DNA from: Octopus bimaculoides
Taxonomy: Eukaryota
Reading direction: 5' to 3'
DNA: 64,000 nucleotides
Assembly (NCBI RefSeq): GCF_001194135.2
Contig: NC_068987.1
Span: 14,070,525 to 14,134,524 of the forward strand
Under the pieces are notes generated by a model. It was not told the origin of the DNA, did not search any database, and saw only the letters and a list, made by a program, of their open reading frames with translations. A program made the translations under genes and the position numbers. Numbering within the stretch: position 1 is the first letter of the stretch; every line of letters begins with the position of its first letter. Positions 14,136-26,600 of the stretch are shown here, piece by piece.

Positions 14136-15285
14136 TTGTAGAAAATTTCCTTAAAAAATATCTATTTTTTTGAAAGTTGTGAGGAAACAAAGTCGATTCA
14201 TATAAATTATCCAAAATTCCTTCCCCTCTCCTGCAAAAAATGTTTCGCAAATTCCTATATAAACGGAATATACATTTTTCTGAAAGTTAGGAAGAAAGAA
14301 AGTTGAGATGAGCACACTTGTGTAGGTATGCCAAAAGCAAAACGTTTCCCTGACAAACATTTCACATATTAATAGGGTTTTGTCGTAGACCTCTTATTTG
14401 CAAATGATTTTTATAGAATTATCATTGCTTTCTCATTACAGTGTATCTATGCCTATCTTCAAGTATTTCTCTCCCCTCCCCTCTTTCTCCCTTATTTCCT
14501 TCTCCCTCTCTCTCTCTTTCTGTCACACACTGCTTCTCTCTCTCTCTCTCTTTCTGTCACACAGTTTCTCTCTCTCTCTCTGCCTGTGTATGTCATGTGT
14601 CATAGCCCTGGGACTCAGGCGACTTCCTCACATCATTAATACTTCGTATATGGCTTGTACTCGAAAGCATCTTGCAACGGGGACCATCCACTTTTTTATT
14701 TATTACTAACGAAAGAGAGGAAACTGCCTTTAGCAACTCCTTTCGAACTGGTTAATACCCAAGCTGCGGTTGATGTTCAATTTGAACGTCTGTAAGTTGG
14801 CATCTGTTGAATAAATGTGGGATGGAGAGGCAGTTCCAGAAGATTTCAGTTTTAAAAATGGAATGAAAATTGAACAGAAATGTTTTGTGCGAGAGTGTGC
14901 AGGGGTGAGTCAATGCGAAGAGAGAAAAGGCGGGTGCACAGAGTGGATCAGAGAAGGGATAGTATGTAGCCTGCTTGTTTAGAAGAATAAAAGCCATTGC
15001 TGCAGTCAAGAGAAACAAAGAGAAGAAATTGTTAGTCAGTGATTGGAGCATATTGGTAAGATTTTGCTCTCTAGGGATATTTGTGTGAGGAGCAGTATGG
15101 CAGCAGCTTCGCCTTAATACAGACGGAGTGCGGCTTTTAAGCTAGTTCCTGTGGTCCAAGACTAAAGACAGCAATGATAAAACATTTATTGGTACCTTAC
15201 CAATATGGTATTACTTTAAATTCAGTTTAAATGAAAAACTTGTAAATTCACAAAATTTTGGAGTTGTTTTAAAGTTTGAATTTTC

Positions 15286-16420
15286 GGATCTTTTTTAAAA
15301 CGGGGGCCACATTTTTCATTAATGTTTTACGTAGTGTTTTTGGTACCGAAAGACTTTCAAACTTCGTATACTTATCTATTTTGTGTTATAGAACAGAAAA
15401 ATATTTTTGTATTCGAATTTATTTCATGTAAAAAATTGTGTTATTTCGATAATTTCAACCAATCACTGACGTCCATTCAGCCGATATACATTAAGTGCCG
15501 ACTACATANNNNNNNNNNNNNNNNNNNNNNNNNNNNNNNNNNNNNNNNNNNNNNNNNNNNNNNNNNNNNNNNNNNNNNNNNNNNNNNNNNNNNNNNNNNN
15601 NNNNNNNNNNNNNNNNNNNNNNNNNNNNNNNNNNNNNNNNNNNNNNNNNNNNNNNNNNNNNNNNNNNNNNNNNNNNNNNNNNNNNNNNNNNNNNNNNNNN
15701 NNNNNNNNNNNNNNNNNNNNNNNNNNNNNNNNNNNNNNNNNNNNNNNNNNNNNNNNNNNNNNNNNNNNNNNNNNNNNNNNNNNNNNNNNNNNNNNNNNNN
15801 NNNNNNNNNNNNNNNNNNNNNNNNNNNNNNNNNNNNNNNNNNNNNNNNNNNNNNNNNNNNNNNNNNNNNNNNNNNNNNNNNNNNNNNNNNNNNNNNNNNN
15901 NNNNNNNNNNNNNNNNNNNNNNNNNNNNNNNNNNNNNNNNNNNNNNNNNNNNNNNNNNNNNNNNNNNNNNNNNNNNNNNNNNNNNNNNNNNNNNNNNNNN
16001 NNNNNNNNNNNNNNNNNNNNNNNNNNNNNNNNNNNNNNNNNNNNNNNNNNNNNNNNNNNNNNNNNNNNNNNNNNNNNNNNNNNNNNNNNNNNNNNNNNNN
16101 NNNNNNNNNNNNNNNNNNNNNNNNNNNNNNNNNNNNNNNNNNNNNNNNNNNNNNNNNNNNNNNNNNNNNNNNNNNNNNNNNNNNNNNNNNNNNNNNNNNN
16201 NNNNNNNNNNNNNNNNNNNNNNNNNNNNNNNNNNNNNNNNNNNNNNNNNNNNNNNNNNNNNNNNNNNNNNNNNNNNNNNNNNNNNNNNNNNNAATACAAA
16301 AATATTTTTCTGTTCTATAACACAAAATAGATAAGTATACGAAGTTTGAAAGTCTTTCGCTACCAAAAACACTACGTAAAACATTAATGAAAAATGTGGC
16401 CCCCGTTTTAAAAAAGATCC
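15286..16420. mobile_element. Long-TIR non-autonomous DNA transposon with 8-bp TSD GAATTTTC (centre in N gap)
   Basis: Starts GGATCTTTTTTAAAACGGGGGCCAC and ends with its reverse complement. At least 128 bp of near-perfect inverted arms are visible. GAATTTTC lies at 15278-15285 and 16421-16428. Confidence 0.88.
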
Positions 16421-17785
16421 GAATTTTCAACTGTTAGCATGTAACAAATCCTCATCCAGACCTGATCCCAATGCTGGATGTTCAAGAACCAAATGAAGGG
16501 CAGATTCTCAACCCCGGGATCATCCTGATTCCAAGAAGGTGTAATGTCTCTGGAGTGCAAATGTAGACTGAGATACAGGGGTCTCGGACGAACGGACAGA
16601 CGGGATTTCGCGTTTATGATTATACATTGCCCTTTAGATACGTAGAGAGAGTGAACTACTGTTCACACAGTTGTATTTTCTAGCCCTGAAGAGAAAGACT
16701 GGACTTCAGGAGCATATTTTTTTTATATCTATGTTATATATATGTGGGAGGTTGCCATGAGAGATCATCAGATATCGTAGAGTTCCAATTAAATTTGTAA
16801 CAACGAGAGAGTTATGTCTTGTTTTTTTTCTTTTGCTTTTTATTTATATGCTGGGCGTGAAAGAGGGGGCAGTATTCATAGCTTTTGTATATATAAATGA
16901 CTCGCGTCAGTATGTATGTGTACAAGCACACCAAATTTTTTTTTTCATATTAAATTTCTATATAATCGTAGTCTACACACTTTGAAAGATATTTGTTTTC
17001 ATTAAACAAATTTCATTAAAAAATAGCAATTTTTGTTAAAGTTATAGGGAAACAAAGCCAATTCGAGTGAATTTTCCAAAACTCTTCTCACCTGCTGATT
17101 TTTTTTTTTTTTTTTTTTCACATCAAATTCTGATAGAATCGGAATCTACACCATCTGGAGCGTATTTGTAGAGAATTTCATTGAAATTTATCCAATTTTC
17201 TGAAGTTATGAAGTTACGAGGAAACAAAGTCGGGAGTACACTTGTGTTGTATGTCAAAATCCAGAATCAACAACTGAGGTGGCCACGTTGGAGTATTTTT
17301 GATCACAGAGATGACTTAGGTTGATCTACAACAACTTTGATCTCATCAACTTAACAAAGTAGGTAGAATCTTTCATGCGCCCCAGGACTCGTAGGGTGGA
17401 GTTTAATATAGAAGGAAGGTTCAACAAAGTTAATATAGATCTTATGTTATATATTTGTCCCAGAGAGGTAAATTCGAACATTCTATGGGACATTTTGGAA
17501 CACGCCATTAATTAGAGGACAATTCAAGAATTATGTTGGCATCGGATTCATTTCAGTTCCATCGATGTATTTTATAAGGTAACATAAATTAACTGTTTGT
17601 CATTTTGGTTTGTTGCTGAAAATAAAGTTTATTGGTTCCACAACATGTCCTTGTATTCACTCTGGCTTGGAAGCCGATATATCTATAGTAATTACAGGTT
17701 TCTGAAAACGGCACCTTGTTCTTTCACTGTTGAATGGAGTAGGCAGAAAACGTTGTGTGCATATTTCAGCCTCATCCAGCATTGT

Positions 17786-18011
17786 AAACTTAGGGAACAC
17801 GAAATCGGTTGTCAAGTGATGTTGGGGGGACAAACACACATATATATACGACGGACTTCATTCAGTTTCCGTCTACCAAATCCACTCACAAGGCTTTCGT
17901 CGGCCCGAGGCTATAATAGAAGACACTTGCCCAAGATGCCACGCAGTGGGACTGAACCCGGAACGATGTGGTTGGTAAGCAAGCTACTTACCACACAGCC
18001 ACTCCTACGCC
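17786..18011 (-). mobile_element. SINE family A, partial
   Basis: Head plus core. Confidence 0.85.
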
Positions 18012-18383
18012 CTTGATTTTTTTTTTCCCTGGGGCTATCTGAATGAGTAGTTTATACAATTCAATCCAGTTATCAATACACTGAAAGGGAAAAATCAAAT
18101 TCATTTGTGATAACATCTAAAGCAAGTTCAAAGATCGTGCAGTCGAAACAGTTATATTACTGAGAGGTTAAAGGTCACCGATTTAAGTATTTAGTGTCAC
18201 TTAGGATATTTAAATCAATTCTTTTTTTAAGTTCTCTTTCCACGAATCCAAACTCTAGGCCGCCCTATGTATGTGTTTGTGTGCTTGTATATATGTACGC
18301 GTGTGAACATACATATACAAATGTATGGGCGTGGCGTATTTATGCTTATATGCTTACATGTATGTTCTTGTGCATGTGTGTAT

Positions 18384-19560
18384 TAGGAGGTGTTCGAAAT
18401 GTTATATTCTGATTCTACATACTGCTTGGTGTGAGAAAGAAATTAACAAATTTTAAAAAGTATGCGACCACCCCCAACCTCGCATANNNNNNNNNNNNNN
18501 NNNNNNNNNNNNNNNNNNNNNNNNNNNNNNNNNNNNNNNNNNNNNNNNNNNNNNNNNNNNNNNNNNNNNNNNNNNNNNNNNNNNNNNNNNNNNNNNNNNN
18601 NNNNNNNNNNAAAACAATTATTGGAATCTTTATTTACTTATATAGTTTGTATCAATTTTTTTATTTAAAAAAAAACCTATATTACGAAAAGCACTTTCAA
18701 CGTAAAAAAAAATGTAAATTCTTAATGACTATTATGATATGCAATAAAAAAAAAACTATGCACGAACTTCAAACGAAATACATGAACAGTGAACACCATA
18801 AAATACGCATTAATAGTATTTACTATTTAGTTAAATGACCTTTGGCTTTTGTCAGTCAAAGTGTGGTAAACTTTGTCTTGATTTCCGTACATTTAATATT
18901 AATTTGTGCCTATTTTCGTCGCCTATTCTGACTTCACAAGCTTTCGTCACTAAATTGATACCATGCTCGACTCCTTGGCTATGACAGGGAAGAGGTATTG
19001 CTGTTAATGTTCCTGAACGAGCTTTAAAAACGATCAACACTTGTAAAGGTCCGTAAAACTGGAGGGATGTTATAACTTGCTTTTCCCAGTTAATCAAATC
19101 AACATAATCCTGTGCTTCAAAATTAATTTTGCTTGGCCGTTTGAAATTTCTTAATTCTTCACGGGGCATGCTTTAATAATTCGCTGAATTGTTCCTTCCC
19201 TAATTTGTCTTCTTCCATCATTTAACATAGTCAGTAAAATATTCTCCGGATGGGCAAAATACGAATTAGTTTATAACGATTTCTCCATAACTTCTTTATG
19301 ATCTTGGTTCATATCTTGCATTAGATGTGCCATATACCAAAAATTACTTGCTCCTTCATGTAATTTTGGGTGAGATTTAATCCAGAACCAGCTTGGAGCA
19401 TAAACTTGCGTTATGATTTTAGCAAAATCCATAATATTCTTTTGGAGATTTTTTTCCGAAACATATAAGCGAAGAATTCTGTTTGCACGTGTTAACCACA
19501 TTGCATATTGTCAAAGAAAATATTTCGCCAGCGTTCGCTATGTTACCCTCGTTACGGTCT
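18384..19560 (-). mobile_element. Degenerate DNA transposase C-terminal part (hAT-related, probably hATm-type)
   Basis: WLTRANRILRLYVS, VYAPSWFWIK, INFEAQDYVDLINW, PCHSQGVEHGINLVTKA are motifs of a widespread invertebrate transposase group. The possible terminus TAGGAGGTGTTCGAAA is near 18384. Subfamily assignment is from memory. Confidence 0.7.
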
Positions 19561-20041
19561 AATGAACCTCCATATTTGTTTTCGTTCGGTTTCCTTGTAT
19601 GTCTCTACTGTCCTGTTTTTGTTCCCAACATTGACCCTACATAAATCCCAAATTTTCTTTTGGTATTTATGGGAGCAACTGTCTTCGAAGACTCGTATCA
19701 ATGAGAGAGAGAGAGAAACGGAGAAAGCGTGCACTAAGTAGAAGTTCAGAGCAAAATATGAACTAGATAACTACTCCAGTTACCGACTTCCATGACCACA
19801 CAGAAAGATCCTTACACGATAGTGAAATGACCTTTTTTTTTCCTCTCCTGGACCGACACATCTGGTTTTTTTCTTTTTTATAGATGATAATACAGTAAAC
19901 AACTGATTTCGACTCCTATCAATTTCGTCAACTCTGGCTCATCATCATATCCTACATATGTAATATAATATAATAATAATGACTTCGTTGTATAATGTGC
20001 TCAGGTGCACTACAATTAAAAAAGAAAAGAAAAAGGTTGTA

Positions 20042-20270
20042 TCAGGTGTATTGTTGGCGAATTTCAGGAAGCATGGAAGTTTTGAAAGATGTAGTGCCTC
20101 GACAGCTAACAACTGATGCAGCTAGTTTATTCCATGCTTCAGCAATTCTGAGCGTGAAAAATGGTTTCTGAAAGTCATGGGTGCAGTGTTGTTTTTTGAT
20201 TTTGTATGCATGTCCAGAAGTGTTTGACATATGGAATTCTTTGTTGCCCAGTGTAAACCCAAATCCTGAC
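20042..20270 (-). mobile_element. CR1/L2-type LINE ORF2 C-terminal fragment
   Basis: TSGHAYKIKK...KPFFTLRIAEAWNKL..SVV...SFK matches the CR1-clade TRGH..KL...FFS.RVV..WN.LP..VV....FK C-terminus. Confidence 0.8.
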
Positions 20271-22498
20271 CCTCACCTTTGGATCTGTTTCGTTAACTTT
20301 TTTTTTTTTAAGAGTAATGGCTTCTAATGTAGAAATAAGGCCAGCAATTTTGAAGGGAAAGGATTAATCGATACGATGGACTCTAATATTTGACAGGTAC
20401 TTTGTTTTATCGGCCTCGAAAGGATGAAACATAAAGTTGACTTCGGCAGTATTTGAACAAAAAATGTAAAAACTTGGAACAAAATATCTCAAAGCATATT
20501 TTCTTACTGTCTAATGATTCTGCCTATCAAATGCAAAAAAACTCATCGCATTTTCTGTTTCAGGGCTTAAAATGTTGGGTATCCAAACTGAGGATGCAAA
20601 GACAGGCAGAATGAAATACCACAAGGACGACGCAATGCCGAGTTTGCTAATCAACTCACTTTTAACAATAATGATAATAATGATTTTAAATTTTGGCACA
20701 AGGCCGGTAGTTTTAGGTGGTGAAGTCAGTCAATTACATCGACTCCACTATTGAACTGCTATTTTATTTTATTGACTCCTAAACGATGAAAGGCAAAGTC
20801 AACTTCGGCGGAATTTGAGCTGAAAACGTATAGAACCGAAAAAAATAACACGAAGTATTCTCATACAGTTACGCGCACACACACACACACGCAGTCTCAT
20901 ACAATTACGCGCACACACAAATACAGTTACACATACACACTCAAATACAGTGTCGTACAGTTACACACACACACACACACACACAGATACCAGCAGACAA
21001 TCAGCGTCATATTCTTCATTTATTTATTATTTATTGGAACGCTAAAATCTTTCTAGGGCTAGTCGAGGGAAGGAAGGTGATTTTAGCGACTATAGCAGAC
21101 TGACATGTCAGTTTTACCAAACCAATTTTACTAATATAGAAGGAAGATAGAAGATAGATAGATAGATTTATAGCTTTATCGTCACCCCTACTGGAGACTG
21201 ACAAAAACTTCTACCCGACGAATGAAATATACGCTGGCCATTGAGAGAAAAATTTTCTTTTAGCAAGTTAACTCGTACCCTTATTTCCGCCTGTCTATTT
21301 ATTAAGTGTCTTGTTATCTGCAATGTGGTCAGTTGCAATTTATGGTCAACATGTTTTATGTCACAGTCCTTTCAACAATTGAAAGTGTGTCGTTGTTTAT
21401 GAGTACATGCTTTTTCTGAAAGCTTTACTGGGTCGTATCAGCAAGAACATCTATTCATTCAATTGTCCAAGTCTGTCTGGCACACAACTGTCATCAAAGA
21501 TACGAAAGAAATTTACGATGTTACAACTCTGGATATTATTGTTTTAAAACTTCCAAACCTAGTGACACAAATAGAACACAAACAAATCATTCTGAATATT
21601 ATTTTTATTATATTTCAGTCTTTTACGTTCTGAGTTCAAATCTCGCTGAGGTCAGCTTTGACTTTCAAATTTCTGGGATCGATAAAAATAAAATACCAGT
21701 TACGTACTGGAATTATGTTAATCGACAAATCCTTCCCCGTAAATTTCTGGGCTTGTGCTTATGTTAGAAACAATTATTAGGGATAAAGATCCTTTCCAAG
21801 TCGTATAAGAGTCATAGGGCCGGTTTCCCAGTTTTTGCAGCGAATATATTCACCTCTTGGGCGGGAAGCCGGTTGCAGGATTTACTCACTTTTGCCTGCT
21901 GAGTGAACTTAGAGCAACATGAAATGAAACGCTTTGCTTAAGAAAACAACACATTGCTCGGCCGAGGAATCGAAACCACTATCTTACGATCATGAGTGCA
22001 ACACCTCTAACAGCTAAGCCACACACCTCCACAGAAACAATTATTAGTTTTGTTATATTCTGGTTCTTTGTGTTGAGTTCAAATCTCGCCGAGGTCAACT
22101 TTACCTTTCATCTTTCCAGATTCGATAAACTGGAGTACCACTTAATTATTGAAGCGATATTAATCGTTTAACATTAACTCCGCAAATTTCTGGCCGTGTG
22201 CTTGAAGTAGAAACATTTATTAGTTTTATTATTATATTCCAACTCTATGGCGGCGAGCGAGCAGAATGCTTAGCGGCATTTCTTCCGGCTTTTTAGCTCT
22301 GAGTTCAAATTCCGACAAAGTCATATTTGCCTTTCAAACTTAGGGGGCCGATAAAATAAAGTACGAGTTGAACAGTTGGGTTGATGTAATTGATTTACCA
22401 TTTTCCATAAAATTGCTGCCCTTGAGCCAAAATTTGAAACCATTTAAGGTGGCAAGCTGGTAGAATTATTAACGCGCCGGGACAAGGTATTAATTACT

Positions 22499-22704
22499 AT
22501 TTTACTTGTTTCAGTTATTTGACTGCGGCCATGCTGGTGCAACGTCTTTAATCGGAGAAATCGACCCCAGGACTTATTCTTTGTAAACCTAGTATTTATT
22601 CTATCGTTCACTTTTGCCGAGCCGTTAAGTTACGGGGACGTAAACACACCAACATCGGTTGTCAAGCGACGGTGGGTGGGGGAGGGACAAACACACACAC
22701 ACAC

Positions 22705-22751
<47 letters not shown>

Positions 22752-22910
22752 ACGGGCTTCTTTAAGTTTCCGTCTACCAAATCCACTCACAAGGCTTTGG
22801 TTAGCTCGAGGCTATAGTAGAAGTCACTTGCCCAAGGTGCCAAGCAGTGGTACTGAACCCGAACCCATGTGGTTGGGAAGCAAGCTTCTTACCATACAGC
22901 CACTCCTGCG
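22499..22910 (-). mobile_element. SINE family A, full-length
   Basis: Same head, core and tail as 42316-42720. Confidence 0.88.
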
Positions 22911-23243
22911 GTTCTTTACATTCCGAGTTAAAATTCCGCCGAGCTTGACTTTGCCGTTCATGCTTTCGGGGTCGATAAAATAAGTACCAGTTGAGCATTG
23001 GAGTCGACGTAATTGACTAACACCCTCCCACTGAAATTGCTGGCTTTGTGCAAAAAAAATACGATTATGACTATTAAGTGATGAACTAGCAGAACCGTTA
23101 GGGTGTCAGGGTATAAAGTGTGCAGAATTCAATAACCAAACTAGACTCATATTTCAAAGGAAAACAGTTTAGGATTAATTGATTGTTCGTGCTGGTCAGA
23201 TAGTAACATTTTACATTGTATCAGACACTGAGGTCCTCTGTTT

Positions 23244-23285
<42 letters not shown>

Positions 23286-23295
23286 NNNNNNNNNN

Positions 23296-23338
<43 letters not shown>

Positions 23339-24225
23339 TTTTCAGCGTTAATGATAAGAGCAATATATCTAAGAATCCTCACAACTTACCAAATTAACAC
23401 CAAGAACATCTGTGTTGATAGTGACGATCAGGTTATTGCAAAACTTGCGATATGGGATGCCATGTACAATTTTCACATTTTAGATGGATTGGTTGTACTG
23501 AGAATAAATACTACTGGACACAAACTGCCTTGGTGAATATATCTCGGTAAAAATACTGCTGATGTTAAAATAGCTAAAAGAACAGCTACATCAACCGAAG
23601 AAACCTTTACAAACTGCAGAAACCTTAACAAACTGCAATTTTGAAAACGTGTAGAAATGTGCCAGAAAATCAGGTAAAACAAGTCAACAAAATAATCCAA
23701 GGCCAATAGCATAGCTAGAGTATGTACCGCCTGGGACAGCCCTTGAGTTTATCTTCCCCTCATCCCTGCAACAGTGGCAACTAGAGTAGTCTAACTTGGA
23801 TTAACAGCGGGATATCAGCTCCCACTTTCGACGTATGCTTTTTCAATAGAGGAGCAGAAAATAGTTCCGAAATACTTGATGTACAATAGAGATTGGAATG
23901 CAGATAAACCACCTAGATGCGACAAACGTTGCAGACTTTATGGATTCAATATTGCTGAGGTCATTTCGAGTTTCGGTGTTGGCCTACCGTTTCGAATTAC
24001 AACACGTTTTTCCTTGTACAAAAGCTTTGGAATGGACGGGGGTGGGTTGAAATAAAATATAAATCATGTAAAAAAAACAATACAAAGTGATTAATACAAT
24101 AAAGTCAACATAGTGCACGGCACCTCGGTAAGGTGAGCCGCCAGCGATGACAAGACATCTCAAATGCCACAGGTTGTCTGATTGTTTTGGTCGCACCTGA
24201 CCAGATCTTACCGATCAACAGTCAT

Positions 24226-24814
24226 TCTTTTTTAAAACGGGGGCCACATTTTTCATTAACGAAACACTTTGAAACTTGGAACACTGGTAGAATGTGTCAT
24301 ATAAAACATCTTTTTCTCTTAGTCTTCTTAAAAAAAAAAGAAATCCATAAGTTATTCCATGTTAAAGATGTCGTATTTCTGTAATTTCAACCAATCACTG
24401 ACGTCCATTCAGCCGATATACATTAAGTGCCGACTACATAAACAAACGATTCTGAAACAATTAACCCTAACCCTAACCCTAATCCTAGGGTTAGGGTTAA
24501 GGTTAGGGTTAGGGTTAGGGTTAAAGCAAATTTAAAATGAAAAAAGCAAATAAAACGAAGGTATGGAGATTAAATACGCTTTACATCGCTTAGTGAGCCA
24601 AAGGAGTAAATGTAAACAACTGAATACTTGTCAGTGATTGGTTGAAATTATCGAAATAAGACAATTTTTTACATGAAATAAATTCGAATACAAAAATATT
24701 TTTCTGTTCTATAACACAAAATAGATAAGTATACGAAGTTTGAAAGTCTTTCCGTACCAAAAACACTACGTAAAACATTAATGAAAAATGTGGCCCCCGT
24801 TTTAAAATAGATCC
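24226..24814. mobile_element. Second copy of the GGATC-TIR element, with central telomeric palindrome
   Basis: Same terminal and sub-terminal sequences as 15286-16420. (CCCTAA)n(TTAGGG)n at 24461-24524. Confidence 0.85.
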
Positions 24815-24829
24815 TAAATACTGATTTCA

Positions 24830-25250
24830 AATTTTAGCACAAGGCCAGCAGGTTCGAGAGAGAGGTAAGTCCATTCCAAAGACCCCAGTACTCAACTTGT
24901 ACTTATTTCATCGACACTGAAAGGATGAAAGGCAAAGTCGACCTCGGTGGAATTTGAACTCAGAACGTAAGGGCAGACGAAACACAGTTAAGCATTTCGT
25001 CCAGCGTGCTAACGATTTTTATTTCTTTATTGCCCACAAGGGGCTACACACAGAGGGGACAAACAAGGACAGACAAACGGATTAAGTCGATTACATCGAT
25101 CCCAGTGCGTGACTGGTACTTAATTTATCGACCCCGAAAGGATGAAAGGCAAAGTCGACCTCGGTGGAATTTGAACTCAGAACGTAAGGGCAGACGAAAT
25201 ACCGCTAAGCATTTCATCCGGCGTGCTAAAGATTCTGCCAGCTCGCCGCC
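24830..25250 (-). mobile_element. Two head-to-tail SINE family B copies
   Basis: The block aaggatgaaaggcaaagtcgacctcggtggaatttgaactcagaacgtaagggcagacgaa is repeated at about 24920 and 25140. Confidence 0.85.
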
Positions 25251-26445
25251 TATTTTAAAATGATGAAAAGCAAAGTCAACCATAGCGGGATTTGAACTTA
25301 GAACAGAGAGAGCAGGAAGAAGTGTTGCTAATCATTTTTTGCCCGATGTGGTAACGATTCTACCAGGTCGCCGCCTATTGCCATTAAATATTATTTGCTT
25401 TGTGACCGAGTCACCTACCGAACGTTCCATTCTTCGAGATTTGAAGGTATTATAAAGTAGATTTTAGTCAATACTACATATCACACTAACACTGGTAAGT
25501 GTCAACTCTTTACGTATATGCATAAAACAGTTTGCTGAACTAACCCTTATTTCACTGAAGATATACCTCTCGTTAATAATACAATTTCATTAGAATGTCA
25601 TAGTTAAAATTTTAAAAAAACAAATACATCATAAACCACAAATTATATTCACATAACTTTAAGAGGAAAGCATTGTGCATTATGTTTTACTTAGTGGGGA
25701 CCGAGGATGGAAACAAATTCAAGGGCTTCACCAGGCAGCACACACTCCAGCTATGCCACTGATGCCACCTACATCATAAGTAACTCCTCGAACATATCCT
25801 CATGGAATTATGTACCAATGAGACCTGGTGTTGTGGCTAGAACACTATACAAAGAAATTCGTCGAAAGGTTAATCCTGAGGAGACAAGCATCAGACACCG
25901 CAGAGATATAGAGGGCATAATTATACACAGCTCGGAAAATTATCATCAGATTAAGTTCTGAGTTCGAAATATTCGACTATAATCCTTGTATGCGGCACAC
26001 CAGCATACCGACGGCCAGTGACTAAAGCCAAGAAGATAATAAAACAAATTGAAAAAAAAAAAGTAATTGTTAACGATATAGCTGTTTGGACTTATCCATG
26101 TCAGAGATGACCACGAACACAGTATAATGACTGCGATGCGAAACGAACCACCTACTTTTCGGCTGCTTGCCCAATAGTCTATCGAATCTACAACTTACTC
26201 TTTTATACTTGTAGACTGATATCTTAAGGATACAGCCAACTGTGGACTTCCTCTTTCAGAATAAGTAACATTCTAAAAGGAAACAGTTTCTATTTTCTTT
26301 TCCCCTTATTTTTACTTCAACATAAATTTAATCAATGAATACCTTACATGGAAATGTAAAACCCAGTCTTAGAATTGGTGAAGTAATACAAATTGACTGT
26401 TAAAGATGTTTTGCTTGGCAAATATTGAAAATTAATATGAAGCTG

Positions 26446-26453
26446 TGACGTCA
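26446..26453. promoter_or_regulatory. Perfect CRE palindrome TGACGTCA about 150 bp upstream of the orphan ORF
   Basis: Exact motif seen; function inferred only from position. Confidence 0.3.
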
Positions 26454-26600
26454 TTTTCATGTATGACAATAGAATCTTCATATGATGTATAAAAACAAAA
26501 TCTGAAACGTCATCTCAATCAGTTAATCTTCGGTTCTTCAAAAGTGAACTTGAATGATTTTTTTTGTGTAAGACATTTTGTTCTTCAAAGCATTAACAAA

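Noticed and set aside
23484-23546. Possible plus-strand mini-exon (WIGCTENKYYWTQTALVNISR)
   Set aside because: Open frame with AG/GT ends, but short and unrecognised; expected by chance.
24461-24524. Telomere-telomere fusion scar
   Set aside because: The orientation is (CCCTAA)n then (TTAGGG)n, opposite to a fusion signature, and it sits inside a TIR element.
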